64,000 nt of DNA from Octopus sinensis (Eukaryota), in contig NC_043006.1 of NCBI RefSeq assembly GCF_006345805.1, positions 101,370,001-101,434,000 of the forward strand, written 5' to 3'. Below, in pieces: positions 1 to 12,302 of this stretch. How positions within the stretch are numbered: the stretch's first letter is position 1; each line of letters opens with the position of its first letter. The notes beneath the pieces were generated by a model that searched no databases, had not been told where the DNA came from, and was given only the letters and a program-made list of their open reading frames with translations. The position numbers were made by a program, and so were the translations under genes.

Positions 1-399
1 AACCTGAAACCATTTTTTACATACCTGCATGGCTTAAACAGAAATTGATGTTGAGTTTGGATTTTATAGTCAGGTGCTCCTACTATCACCAACCTTCACT
101 TGTTTTTCAATTAACAAAAATTTTTCTTTTATTAAAGTCTTTTGAAAGTGCTGAGCAACCGGTTGCAATGGCAATTAAGAATGTAGGTACCACCGACTGT
201 TTTTTACCCTAACAGTGATAAATAAACTATCTTCAATTTCTGGCCACTGAATTTATTCCTAAGACATATATATTATTTTGTAATGCTCACCCATTTTTTC
301 TTTTTGTGCACATCTTTTTTTGCACTATACTTGTGGTTCTGATTTTAACTTTTAGAACACAATTTAAAGTGTTTTCTCTGACCAATAAGAATTGTCTTC

Positions 400-740
400 T
401 GTAGTCTGCTTCCTAACCACATGGTTCCATGTTTTCAGTCCCACTGTGTGATACCTTGGGCGAGCGTCTTCTACTATAGCCTCAGGCTGACCAAAGCCTT
501 TGAGTGGATTTCGTAGACGGAAACTGAAAGAAGCCCATTATGTATATGTGTGTGTGTGTGTTGTGTTTGCATCTGCGTTTGTCATCCACCACCACTTGAC
601 AACCAGCGCTGGCTTGTTAACATCCCAGTAACTTAGCAGTTCAGCAAAAGAGACCAATAGAATAAGTACTAGGCTTTAAAATAAAAGATTCCTCAACGTG
701 GTGCCCCAGCAAGACTACAGTCCAATGACTGAAACAAATA
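400..740 (+). mobile_element. tRNA/CORE-type SINE (5' head degraded)
   Basis: ACCACATGGTTCC..TTCAGTCCCACTG..CCTTGGGCGAG (CORE-like), internal (TG)n, then the TTGACAACC..AATAAGTACT..GACTGAAACAA 3' module seen in many copies here. Confidence 0.85.
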
Positions 741-3376
741 ATAAGTAAATTACAAATTAATTTTAGATTAAAATGTATCTGTTGTTATTACCAATTGTTC
801 AAGCATTTTAACTGCCATAGCTTCTTTTTCTTTTTGCTTTCAATACTTGTTATTCTGTGAGAATGATTGCACATTAGTAACTTATGTGGCTTTGTGTTAG
901 GTAAGCTTCCTTTTAAAGAGAACCAAAATAAAACAAAATTTTGTAAAAATGGAATCAATAAAATGAACTGATTTAACCTGCAACCCATGCCAGATATTTG
1001 GAAACAACAGAAGAGGAATTGAAATTGTTGTCTTCCAGTTTCTGAGCAAGAAGAAAGTGCTATGAGAGAAGAAAATTCTTGTCACTTACTTAGAGTTGTC
1101 ATTTTTATCGACAAAACACTAACAAACATGCATGTCAATTAGGGAAAGAAACAGAGCTATGTAATCAGAAACTTCTGTTTCACTTGGTAATTCAAGAGAA
1201 AATATACAGTGAGATTTAAACGTATTTATGTTGCATTAGCTGATATTAGTTGTAACGTTTATAAGTTGCTGGTTTTCTTCTTCCATTTTCTTTTCCACTT
1301 ATTTCCATTTTCTGCTTTGCCTTCATTGCATTACTTTTATTATGTTATACAGCTTTTCTTCTCAATCCTTTATCTATGAACTTAATTTGAATACAATTTG
1401 CAAAATGTTCATGTTTCTTTCTTTTTTTTTATATTTTTTTTTACAATTTTAAATTTTGTTTTGTTTTTGAAGAAGATATAATTCAGTTTTACTTTACGTT
1501 TTTGCCAGCGTTGTTGTTGTTATTACTTTGTTTTTGTTTTTATCTCTTTCTAAAATCATCTTGTAGTTGGAAAGTCATTGCACGTTTATTTCTTTGCTAA
1601 TCCAAAGATTATTTATACTAAGCACATGTAACCCGTATTGCTTGCGGATAAGCCAGGGATTATTTTATGTCTAGCACATGATGGTGGTCAATGTTACTAA
1701 TCTGTGAATTGCTCTAAGATTGACACATGGCTTCAGGGGGTGTGGACATATTCAATAACGTATAAGTGCAGGAGAAAGCGATAAGTGCAAAAGCAAAATG
1801 TCTTACTTCGTTACGAATATGATTTACTTTCTAGATGGATTATAAAACTAATTTTGCTCAGATAGGAGCATGTTTTACTTAATTCACTCCAGAATATTAC
1901 TGGTAGTTACTTCGTCAATCTCCCGGAACAGCAAAACACAAAGCTGTCTCCAAACATGATTTGAGATGAGAGCTACAAGAGATTGATCTAGATACTAGGT
2001 GACTGGATTAAATTTAAAGCAAGTGATGTACTGCAAATTATTTTAAAACAGCCAACTCACTTATTGTTTGCATTGTGTTACTATGTGATCTAGACAAAAA
2101 GAATTTTTAAAAAAATGATAATGCTTGATAATAGACTATTGTTCTTGGTCATTTCAATGAGCATAGCAATAAATATTGATTTCTTTCTGAGTGAATTGAC
2201 TAAATCTTAGTATATTATAGAGGCATTTCTTTGATCAGACTTGTAAAGAAAAAGATCAATGTTGTTTTCTGCAATTTAAACATCAGATTATGTAAGGCAT
2301 CCAAACTAGCTCTGCACTACTTACAGATCTTCCTCAATTTTGGAAGTTGGTATTGTGGAATGTTTGAAAATCTATTAAAGATAGCTTATTTTAAAGGATT
2401 AAATTCTGCATTATAATTTTCTCTAGACATGCAAAATTCTCCTTCAAATAGTTTAAATAACAACACAATTTATATGTGAGTTTTTCAGAGAATTTGTCGA
2501 TTCCACTGCTAAGATGCTTCACAAATGTTCTTTCCTCATTTGTGAATGGACTTTATTAAGCAGCTGCTGCCTGAATCTACCTTATGCAGCTGTCAATATT
2601 GCAAAACTCGTTCAATGTGAAATGCCAATAACAACAAACCATTTACCAAATGGTTAATTACTTATGATGCTGGGGAATAAGTTACGATCTTACAACTAAT
2701 TTTATTGGTGGAGTTGATGATAATGATTACTGGAATGGATAGTGGCGGCTTTTCTGGTGGTGGTGGTGGGATTTATAAAAGGAAATCAGCTCTAGATTTA
2801 TCTAAACTGGTTAGATTGCTTGTATCTTCATTGATCTTTCTTCATCAAACTTAACATGACTAGCAAGCATTTTACTATTGACTTTTGACAGCCAATATTG
2901 GTATAAAATATTTTTAGAATGAAGTTTATATCAAATGTGGTAGGTTTGGGATATCTGGTAATCATTTTACAAATCAATTTGTCATTTTTCTTCTTTTAGA
3001 GGAGAATTTATTCACGCACATATGCGCACATACATGTATGTACACCCCTTACACACACATCCCCATACGTGTATATACATCTCTCTATTGGTTTATAGTA
3101 TTTATGTGTGTGTATGTATTCATGTAAATGTATAATGTGTGCATGTGTGTATGTACAAGGTTACGTGTATGTATATGTATAATGTGTGTATATCCTCATT
3201 TAATGTCACTTTTCTGTACTGGCATGGGTTGGACAGTTCAACAAGAACAGATAACTTTGTACCTGGACCTTATATCTCTGTTAGTCTGTCTCTCTTTCTT
3301 CCCCACTCTATATATACACATACATACACACATATATACACACATATACACACTAAACAATAAACAATAATATGTG

Positions 3377-3414
<38 letters not shown>

Positions 3415-5931
3415 GAAGCTTTATCAGATTCCTGTAACCATCATTCCAAATGTATTTGGTGTTCCTTTCCAGTGGATGATGTATATTAACAATTTATGGC
3501 ACAGATATTGGAAAGAAAATAAAATATAATCTGAAACTTCAATTATTTCTAGGACAAAATCTACTTAATTTAAAAATCAATGTTCTCTCACTGTATATAT
3601 GCTTCATTGCTTAAATTCATACAAAGAAACACTAATTTGACAAAATATTCAGTGATTTGAAAATAAGATAATTATTTTTGTATTTGTACCTTGAGAAGAA
3701 AAATTTTTGTTGCTCATAATCTGAAAAAGGATGCTCATTCAGTATATTGGAATAAAACATGTAGTGCAAATTTTGATGCTATTCACATTATGATCAACAC
3801 AGTTTGTAATATATTTTTTGATACTTAATGTAATACACTGGATTATTCTATCTATTTTTGGCTTTTAATCTGAGTTTAATGCACCATAATTTGCAATGGC
3901 ATTCAGGTGTTGAACTACAGAAAACATGACTGTAATTTTAAAGCTTACTATAGTGATTGTATATTGTGTTCCTTGGTATGCCCAATAACTTTGATTGCTC
4001 CAGTTTACCTGATGAACAAAATCAGATACCATTCCTACCTCATGGTTGAGTGGACACTAGTAGGAAGAGTATCCGAGTGTAAAATCAATTCCTCTCAGAG
4101 AAAACCATATCATTCATGGAAGCTCTGAAAAAAAAAGAAATGGATTTAAAACAATTAAAAAAAAAGAAAAAGAAAAAAAATGGCAATGATTGAACTGTAT
4201 TTTCTTATCATGAATTTTCTCCGCTACAGTATCTGTCAGCCTCATAGAAGTTTGTAAATATATTTTGCTTTAACTGGATTCACAAAGGATTAATGTAATA
4301 ATATTCAGATATTTTCTTTTTATGAGGGGAAAATATCTTCTTGCCATAATCTGACAAAATACACCGGTAATGAAATGAAATCAGTTTACTAAAATAGATT
4401 AGAACTTAAATCTTTCTATATTTTAGCAGGCAGATGTGTTTGTTTGTGAGTGAAGAGGCGGGAACCATTAGCAAGCATCATGCCGCGAAAACGCTGTCGT
4501 GATGCTAGATTCTTATCGAAGCTGCTTCCTTCTTTAAATACTTAATTGTATCATTGATTGGTTCCATGCCAAGAGTATCAAATGATGCATTTCTCTTTGA
4601 ATTTCATCAGAGCAGAAACTTGATTGATATGGTCAAGTGTAATTGGATGGAACTTGTATTTCCTCTGGGGTTTCTCTTGTGTGCAGTTATAACTTTCAGT
4701 ATATTCAATAGACTTTCTATTTTGCATCTTGGTAGATGCAAACTGGACATTTCTGAATTTAGTATTTGAAGCAGACTGTTAAAATTGTCCCAAATTTGAA
4801 AACATTATTTTTGCAATGATATTTATATCTATTGATATAGATTATGTTGTGTCTATTTCAGCAGCATTTGACGAATCTTAATTGGAAAGGAATTTTACAA
4901 TTTGCTAAATATAATTCCAGAATGGAAGTAAATTCTTGATGACAATAATAACGATAATAATAGTAATGATACTTTTGTAAGTTTATACTTATATATATAT
5001 ATATATATATATGGATTGAGGTATTTATGGATGTATGTATGTATGTATGTATAGTTAGAATGAGGAGAAAAAATAATTGAGTAATATTTAAGGAAAATTA
5101 TTAACCTTTTGGTTAGTGGCGAGATAAATATATTAAATACTATTCAGATTAAAATAGTGTACAGTTACTGCTTTCTTTTCTCTTTTTCTTTTCCCACATT
5201 CCTCCTTATTTGAAGTAGAAAATTCTGAAAATAGAAGTTATTGCATTATTATATGCATTATGCCACTTGTAAATTTATCATGATTATTGAAATAAGCTTA
5301 GAGAGAGGGCAGATTGGTCAAATTGAGGTAATCAACTTTTGAGCTATGAAATTGAATTAAACTTAGTTGCTATGTTATATAGCGTTTAAAGATAGTGACA
5401 TTTATATTTGTAGGAATTTACAGGTTATTAAATATCATTATAATTAAATCTGTATAAAGTAAATTATTGTATGAATTTTATTTATTTGCTTTATTCTATT
5501 TTATTTCTTCTGTTTTTTATTTTTGTAGTTAAATCCCAGACCTTTTTAAAGAAACCAATTTGATTTAATTTTGTATATGTTAGAATAGTTCGGTTATTCA
5601 TGACATTGCTTGCCAATGAAATAAGATAAATATACACTATTATCTCTAACCCTTTCAAGTCATGCATACTGGTGATGAACTCTTTTTATGAACTTAGAAA
5701 ACATTAACAAATAAGAAGCAAACAAAATGTATATGTGTGTGTGTGTGTGTTAGAAATTAAATGTAAGAATATAAGAGAAAACATAAAAAAAAAAAATTGA
5801 ACAGTTTTATAAAGCAAGTAGAAAATTGCCTTTCAGCACTAAAGATTAAAGGAAAGTTAGTCAAATGTGTATATGTGGAGAAATAGAGAGAGTTGAGGAG
5901 GGGGGGGTCATGATCCTGCCTTATGTGTTTA

Positions 5932-6334
5932 TCTTTTATCTTTTACTTGTTTCAGTCATTTGACTGCGGCCATGCTGGAGCACCGCCTTTAGTCGAGCAA
6001 ATCGACCCCGGGACTTATTCTTTGTAAGCCCAGTACTTATTCTATCGGTCTCTTTTGCCGAACCGCTAGGTGACTGGGACGTAAACACACCAGCATCGGT
6101 TGTCAAGCAATGCTAGGGGGACAAACACACAAACACACACACATACACACACACACATATATATATATATACATATATACGCCAGGCTTCTTTCAGTTTC
6201 CGTCTACCAAATCCACTCACAAGGCATTGGTCGGCCCGGGGCTATAGCAGAAGACACTTGCCCAAGATGCCATGCAGTGGGACTGAACCCGGAGCCATGT
6301 GGTTGGTTAGCAAGCTACTTACCACACAGCTACC
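5932..6334 (-). mobile_element. Full-length young tRNA/CORE-type SINE
   Basis: Reverse complement matches 7423-7829 almost base for base, including head, CORE-like segment, TA/CA microsatellite and 3' module. Confidence 0.92.
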
Positions 6335-7422
6335 TAGTTTCATTTAGGTTAATAAAATATTCCCCTGTAATTATAATGTTGTAAATTAATCAAATATAGT
6401 TTCATTCATGAAAATTGACGATGTAGCTGAACAAACAATATTAGTATTTATTGCTAGAGGGTGCCCAAAATTGTTTAATGCCTTCCAGTCCAGTATACAG
6501 TTTTTTCTACATTCTAAGGGTGGTTAGTATACTGTTTAGCTTAATGCTAGGTAGTAGATTTAGTATTGGGTGATAAGCTTAATCTTGTAGGATGGACTTA
6601 ATTTGTCACTTGGTTTAGCTCCACCACTTGACACATTGGATGCCTTAACAGGGCCCATTCTGTTGCAAGTATTCAGACCAAGTCTTTTATTGGAAAATCT
6701 ATTCCTTCCTCCTTCCTTCTCTTTGTAAAGGACACAACCTTTCCTTGTGATTAAAATATATGTTAAAAAGATTTTCACATTCTTTCGAAGTAGTTGTTGT
6801 CCTTTATACTTCTTGGAATTGTAAATGTAAGTTCTGGTAGTATACTGGGGATTATTCAGTTAGTCTTGCAAAAATTTCCCTTGTATGAGATGAAAAGAAA
6901 GAATGTTATGAGTGCCGCAGAAGTAAGACTTTTGTGCGTTTAGTCTGTGATTCTGTTCCATTTTCTATAGTTGTGGTTGTCTCATCTCATTTTGTTGATA
7001 CCTTTGTGAAAACACAAATGCAAAAATCTAATTTTCCTTTACAAATTTGTGGCTTTGTACCTAATTAAAAACAACTTTTTATTGTTGTCATGTAATTATA
7101 ATGAACTTGTTTGTGAAATACTTAAACTAGCACTCAGTTGACGAGTACGGAACGTATCTTAAGCAAAGCTAGCATGGTACCGAGAATAGTTCAGAGTTAA
7201 ATGCTTTGAGGCATCTAGTTTGATGCTTCCTACCTCTGATGAAGGCGTGATAAGTTTATTTTTGGAACGACATATCAAGGTAGATGTGAAACACAAAACA
7301 GGTAGAATATTTTGCCCAAATAAGGCTGGTTTAAATGCTAAAGAGTTAAAAGAGAAAGAGATTGGCAACAAAAATATAAACAAACAAAATACTTCTAAAT
7401 GTGTGAATATATTCTGAATATA

Positions 7423-7829
7423 GGCGCAGGAGTGGCTGTGTGGTAAGTAGCTTGCTAACCAACCACATGGTTCCGGGTTCAGTCCCACTGCGTGGCATCT
7501 TGGGCAAGTGCCTTCTGCTATAGCCCCGGGCCAACCAATGCCTTGTGAGTGGATTTGGCAGACGGAAACTGAAAGAAGCCTGTCGTATATATGTATATAT
7601 ATATATGTATGTGTGTGTGTGTTTGTGTGTCTGTGTTTGTCCCCCTAGCATTGCTTGACAACCGATGCTGGTGTGTTTACGTCCCCGTCACTTAGCAGTT
7701 CGGCAAAAGAGACCGATAGAATAAGTACTGGGCTTACAAAGAATAAGTCCCGGGGTCGATTTGCTCAACTAAAGGCGGTGCTCCAGCATGGCCGCAGTCA
7801 AATGACTGAAACAAGTAAAAGTGTAAAAG
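7423..7829 (+). mobile_element. Full-length young tRNA/CORE-type SINE
   Basis: GGCGCAGGAGTGGCTGTGTGGTAAG (A-box-like), GGTTCAGTCCC (B-box-like), CTTGGGCAAGTG CORE-like motif, microsatellite, 3' GACTGAAACAAGTAAAAGTGTAAAAG tail. Confidence 0.92.
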
Positions 7830-7955
7830 TGTATTCATCTCAACTACTTTTATATACACAGTTTAAAAGCACTCTATCTTAAAATTGAAACATGCTCACA
7901 TAACTTAATACCTGATATTGATCCATTGACAATGGCTTCATTACATTGTAGTACC

Positions 7956-8169
7956 AAAGTGGCCAGCTGGCAGAGGCATGAGTACGCTGGGTGAAATGCT
8001 TAGCAGTATTTTGTCTGTCCTTATGTTCTGGGATCAAATTCCTCAGAAGTCGACTTTGCCTTTCATTCTTTTGGGGTCGATAAATTAAGTACCAATTGCA
8101 TACTGGGATCGATCTAATTGACTGGCCCCCTCCCCACAAATTTTGGGCCTTGTGTCTCGAGTAGAAAAG
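7956..8169 (+). mobile_element. tRNA-derived SINE with Deu/Nin-like domain; 16-bp target-site duplication
   Basis: GTCGACTTTGCCTTTCAT..GGGGTCGATAAATTAAGTACC core; flanked by ATTACATTGTAGTACC at 7940-7955 and 8170-8185. Domain name is from memory of SINE superfamilies. Confidence 0.85.
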
Positions 8170-8196
8170 ATTACATTGTAGTACCTTCTCCCAAGA

Positions 8197-8571
8197 TCAG
8201 TGACTAAACAAGACTGGCACCCGGCAGATGCCAGGACCCCTGGACCGGTGGTACGTAAAAAGCACTATCCGAATCATGGCCGATGCCAGCACCGCCTTGA
8301 CTGGCTTCCGTGCCGGTGGCACGTAAAATGCACCAATCCGACCGTGGCCGTTGCCAGCCTCGCCTGGCACCTGTGCAGGTGGCACGTAAAAAGCACCCAC
8401 TACACTCACGGAGTGGTTGGCGTTAGGAAGGGTATCCAGCTGTAGAAACATTGCCAGATAAGACTGGAGCCTGGTGCAGCCTTCTGGCTTCCCAGATCCC
8501 CAGTCGAACCGTCCAACCCATGCTAGCATGGAGAACGGACGTTAAATGATGATGATGATGATGATGATGTT
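8197..8571 (+). mobile_element. RTE-type 3'-tail non-autonomous element with internal tandem units
   Basis: TTGGCGTTAGGAAGGGTATCCAGCTGTAGAAAC..CCATGCTAGCATGG..GGACGTTAAA(TGA)n; three GGTGGCACGTAAAAAGCACC-like units at 8247, 8315, 8378. Confidence 0.8.
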
Positions 8572-8699
8572 TAACTGCCGAATACTGTGTCATGTCAGAT
8601 TGAGCTCAGTAAAGAACAGAAGCACAAGAGGACATTGTAGATTGTGGGACGGAGAGTATGTATGCACTTCTTGGTCACACACACACACACATGAGACAA

Positions 8700-8825
8700 G
8701 CTTCTACACTATTTTCATGTACCAAATTTATTTGCAGGGTATTGGTTGACCCAAGGCTTTAATAGAAAATACTTGCCTAAGGTACTGCACATTGGGACTG
8801 AACCTTAGCAACACAGCTATGCCTG
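8700..8825 (-). mobile_element. Degenerate CORE-type SINE head fragment
   Basis: Partial match to SINE head (GGGACTGAACC, ACACAGCTATGCC) in reverse. Confidence 0.55.
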
Positions 8826-8984
8826 GTTTGTTAAATACAAAATGGGGAGTTATGACATTCATGTTATTACTAAAGTCATAAGTGATGTAAGTGAAACTAG
8901 TCACAAATGAGAATACATAGTGAATTGTCAACAAGTTATACTCATGTACATATATATATTATTATTATTATATTATTATTATAT

Positions 8985-9290
8985 TCATGTGATCATGTGA
9001 CCGACCAGACCATCAGATGTTGCTACACATCGCTGGTCACAATGCATTCGCATTGTTTTAGCCTTCGAATGACGCCACCCCAGTGGCTAAGTGAGCAGGC
9101 CAACAGAAGAAAGAGTGAGAGGAGGAGTGGTGAAAGAGTACAGCAGGGATCACCACCCCCTGCCGGAGCCTCGTGGAGCATTTTAGGTGTTTTCACTCAA
9201 TAAACACACACAACGGCCGGTCTGGGAATCGAAACCGCGATCCTACGACCGCGAATCCACTGCCCTAACCACTGGGACATTGCGCCTCCA
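8985..9290 (-). mobile_element. Third tRNA-derived SINE family (head with CGC pseudo-anticodon)
   Basis: Minus strand GGAGGCGCAATGTCCCAGTGGTTAGGGCAG..GGTTTCGATTCCC A/B boxes; 3' body shared with 57826-57934. Confidence 0.8.
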
Positions 9291-9629
9291 CACACATATA
9301 TATATACACACAGAAATATTTGGTTCTAATGAAGCATATAAAAATATTCAATTTTCAGAGCCATCCAATACAACCAAGAACTAGTAAAATATGTATGAAG
9401 AATAACATAAAAAGGATAAAGAACTAATCATTATACTGAATGGGAGCTAATTTATTGAATTCTAGAAGTCAGCCAGAAACAACAGATTCTGGCATGGAAA
9501 AAAGGGGAGCGAAAAATAAGAATCATCTGACTTTAATTTCCTGTTGTGTAAACAAACCTTTCAGTCCTACCTATATTGTTATTTTTATTATTTCTATTTA
9601 ACATTTACTTAGTTTATTTAGACATTTTC

Positions 9630-10060
9630 TTTCTCACTCTGCTCCTTCCCCCCCCTCATTCTCGCTCTCTTTTTCTTTCTATTCATATTTTATTCTCTTT
9701 AGGTTCTGACTTGGTTTACCTTCTCTCCTACCTTTATGCTTTTGTGTCTCATTTAGTGTCTTCCCATTTCTCTTTTCATATGTGCATTTCACTTCATATG
9801 TTTCTCTTTCCCTCTCTCTCATACATGTATTTGTATGTTTCTCTCTCTCTCTCCTCTCTCCATATATTTATCTCTCTCACCCCATATGTCTCACATTTTC
9901 TTCATGTATCTTGCTTTCTTTTCATATATCTCTCACTTTTTCTTCATGTATCTCTTTCATTTTCTTCATATGTCTCTTACTTTTCTTCATATATCTCTTA
10001 CCTTTCTTCATATGACTCTCTCTCTCTCTCTCCCTCTCTTCATGCCTTTCTTTCTCTTTA
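9630..10060. repeat. CT-rich low-complexity tract with degenerate approximately 20-nt unit TTTCTTCATATRTCTCT
   Basis: Repeated ttcttcatgtatct / ttcttcatatatct / ttcttcatatgtct motifs at about 9895-10045. Confidence 0.8.
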
Positions 10061-10529
10061 TGTGCAGAAGTGAAAACGAAATAGTTATCCATGCATACCC
10101 TTGTTGTTCACAGTGACTCTCCAAATTCAGTTTAGCCACCCTCTGTCAGTTTCTTTGACCCATCAGCCTTTACACAGTAACCTATCTCATCTCATCTAAC
10201 TGTGCCCACACATTTCCTGCTGAAAACACCTATTTTGTGACTAATTTGCTTCTGACTCCACACTGCTCAGGCACATCAAAACTTACCCATCCCCAGCGTA
10301 TCATTCTACACTTCAACTTTCTTATTACCACATAAACACAACGACCAAGTGGAAAACCTCTATTTTACAAACACTATAACAAGGTGATCTGACTTACCAT
10401 TACTCTCACTGGTCCTTAAAACATCTCTGCCATTATTCTCACCTGCTCTCATTATTCCTACCTTTATTGTCACCTGTTCTGATTGTGTTTCTTTCATTAT
10501 ATTTATCAAATTTATCAATCTTTAATCAG

Positions 10530-10745
10530 AGGTTTCTACACCAGACTATATAAACATTCCTATTAATGGAAACTCTGGCTCTGCTGGCTTATCGACCTCA
10601 TTTCCAAGGTTTTTGAAGGTGATAAAAAGTTGTACACAACCTCTTTTATCATTTTAAGTTTCTCTCTTTGTTTCTCTGTGACCTGTTGTATGGTTTCCAT
10701 TGAAGATTTATTCCATTGACCCCATACCCATGGTCTTTTGCTCTT
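10530..10745 (+). pseudogene. Possible highly degraded CR1/L2-group LINE RT N-terminal relic
   Basis: YRP (10590-10598) then, after a 1-nt shift, ISKVFE (10600-10617), resembling the NYRPISL..ISKVFE motif. Confidence 0.3.
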
Positions 10746-10924
10746 CAGAATTTTATTACAAACAATATTAGTACTTTTAAATATTTGTTGTGCAAGATTT
10801 ATTGGCTAAACTGGCAATATGACCATTCCGAAATATAACAATATTAGTACTCTTAGCATCTTCAAAACCAACTGTTTAGTTTGAAGCATCCTGGGTAGAT
10901 TTGTCTATGTAATATAATGTAATA

Positions 10925-11263
10925 CTAGCAGTATCGCCCGGCGTTGCTCGGGTTTGTAAGGGAAATAACTATATAAGCATTTTTAGAGATGTAAAGTATA
11001 ATAGCCATCTCAATATGGCTAACCACAAAGGGAGGGGGTGTTACTCTAGCCTTTTACGTTCTGAGATTTAATAATACATTTTTAGAGAGTTACTTCCCTT
11101 ATATAATAGCAAAAAAATGCATTAAAAATGGGAAAAAATGATGGTAAATTTTTTTTTAAATCGTAGACTCATCGTAGACGCGCGCTAATACCCAGAAGGG
11201 CTCGATATGAATCACAACTATAAGATACCCGCTTTTGGTTAACTTCATCTTTATATATAAAGA
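10925..11263 (-). mobile_element. Non-autonomous Helitron
   Basis: Minus strand starts A|TCTTTATATATAAAG, ends CCCGAGCAACGCCGGG hairpin (10937-10952) plus CTAG|T; inserted in an A|T dinucleotide without TSD. Confidence 0.88.
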
Positions 11264-12018
11264 TTTGCAGTTTTAAATACTGGAGTAGTGCTTCATCAGA
11301 CTTGCATCAAAAAGTGTGCTTTTACATTGAGCAGTGTAAGAGCCCACCTTTTGATACATGTCTTATGAAGGGCCACTTTAGTGTTTAAAAACTGCAGATA
11401 TTATGTAATTTTTCACATTGAACTTTTGCATGCATTGGCATTAAAAACAGGATGGTGCCGAAACAGTTGTAACTGGTCATTAAAGATGTGCTAAATTCTA
11501 TCTTTGTCTTATATAAAAGTTTTAAAACTGCTTGTCCAGCTGACATAGAAAAACAGCGGGTATAAACGTTATTGGTGATAATTACCATGATGTCAATTAA
11601 ATTGGAAAATATATTGTGCTTAGAATTGCATCATTTCAGCCTGCTGAAAATTTGTCCTTTCAGCTTTATATTTAATGGTTAGTAATGAAAAAGGCTATTT
11701 TACAGTTAAAGCACTTGGGTTTAACACTGCTTTTTAATGCAGACATATCCAGGCAATACAAGATATAGCAAAATGAGTTTAAAGTTGTCTAAATTCAAAT
11801 TCCAGTACACTTTAGAAAAGAAAGGCTGATATATTGTGCATATAAAATCTTGTTACATCGACTGTAAGTAATCAATTTGTGATGTTTAGTACAATGCTTT
11901 CACAATGATGTAATTACCATAATTACAAAAGTACTACTATAACGTGTTGATAATGATTGTACTCCGACTACAATGGTGTGACTATAACAATTATAAAGAA
12001 ACTACAGTGATGAGACAA

Positions 12019-12302
12019 TCATCATCATCATCATCATCGTTTAACGTCCGTTCTCCATGCTAGCATGGGTTGGACAGTTCGACCGGGGATCTGGGAAGCC
12101 AGAAGGCTGCACCAGGCTCCGGTCTTATCTGGCAATGTTTCTACAGCTGGATGCCCTTCCTAACGCCAACCACTCCATGAGTGTAGTGGGTGCTTTTTAC
12201 GTGCCACCTGCACTGGTGCCAGGCGAGGCTGGCATCGGCCACGGTCGGATTGGTGCATTTTACGTGCCACCTGCACGGAAGCCAGTCGAGGCGGCACTGG
12301 CT
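12019..12302 (-). mobile_element. RTE-type 3'-tail element
   Basis: (CAT)n CGTTTAACGTCCG..CCATGCTAGCATGG..; two tandem units at 12189 and 12252 matching those of 8197-8571. Confidence 0.85.

Noticed and set aside
4039-4124. Minus-strand exon with a very strong acceptor
   Set aside because: Stops in all three frames; could only be UTR, and there is no supporting evidence.
4474-4506. SECIS element
   Set aside because: Lacks the AUGA/GA quartet and required stem length on either strand.
6560-6778. Protein-like frames on both strands (DGLNLSLGLAPP.. / ..KASNVSSGGAKP..)
   Set aside because: No recognisable domain, weak splice sites, strand ambiguous.
7190-7417. 65-75 aa plus-strand ORF
   Set aside because: No recognisable homology or convincing splice pair; ends at a SINE boundary.
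8247-8400. CRISPR-like spaced direct repeats
   Set aside because: Spacers are homologous to each other, lie within a multi-copy retroelement, and the context is eukaryotic with no cas genes.
9215-9290. Possible tRNA-Ala(CGC) gene
   Set aside because: Acceptor stem does not pair and it continues into a SINE body. The same applies to the other tRNA-like heads, including 62495-62570.
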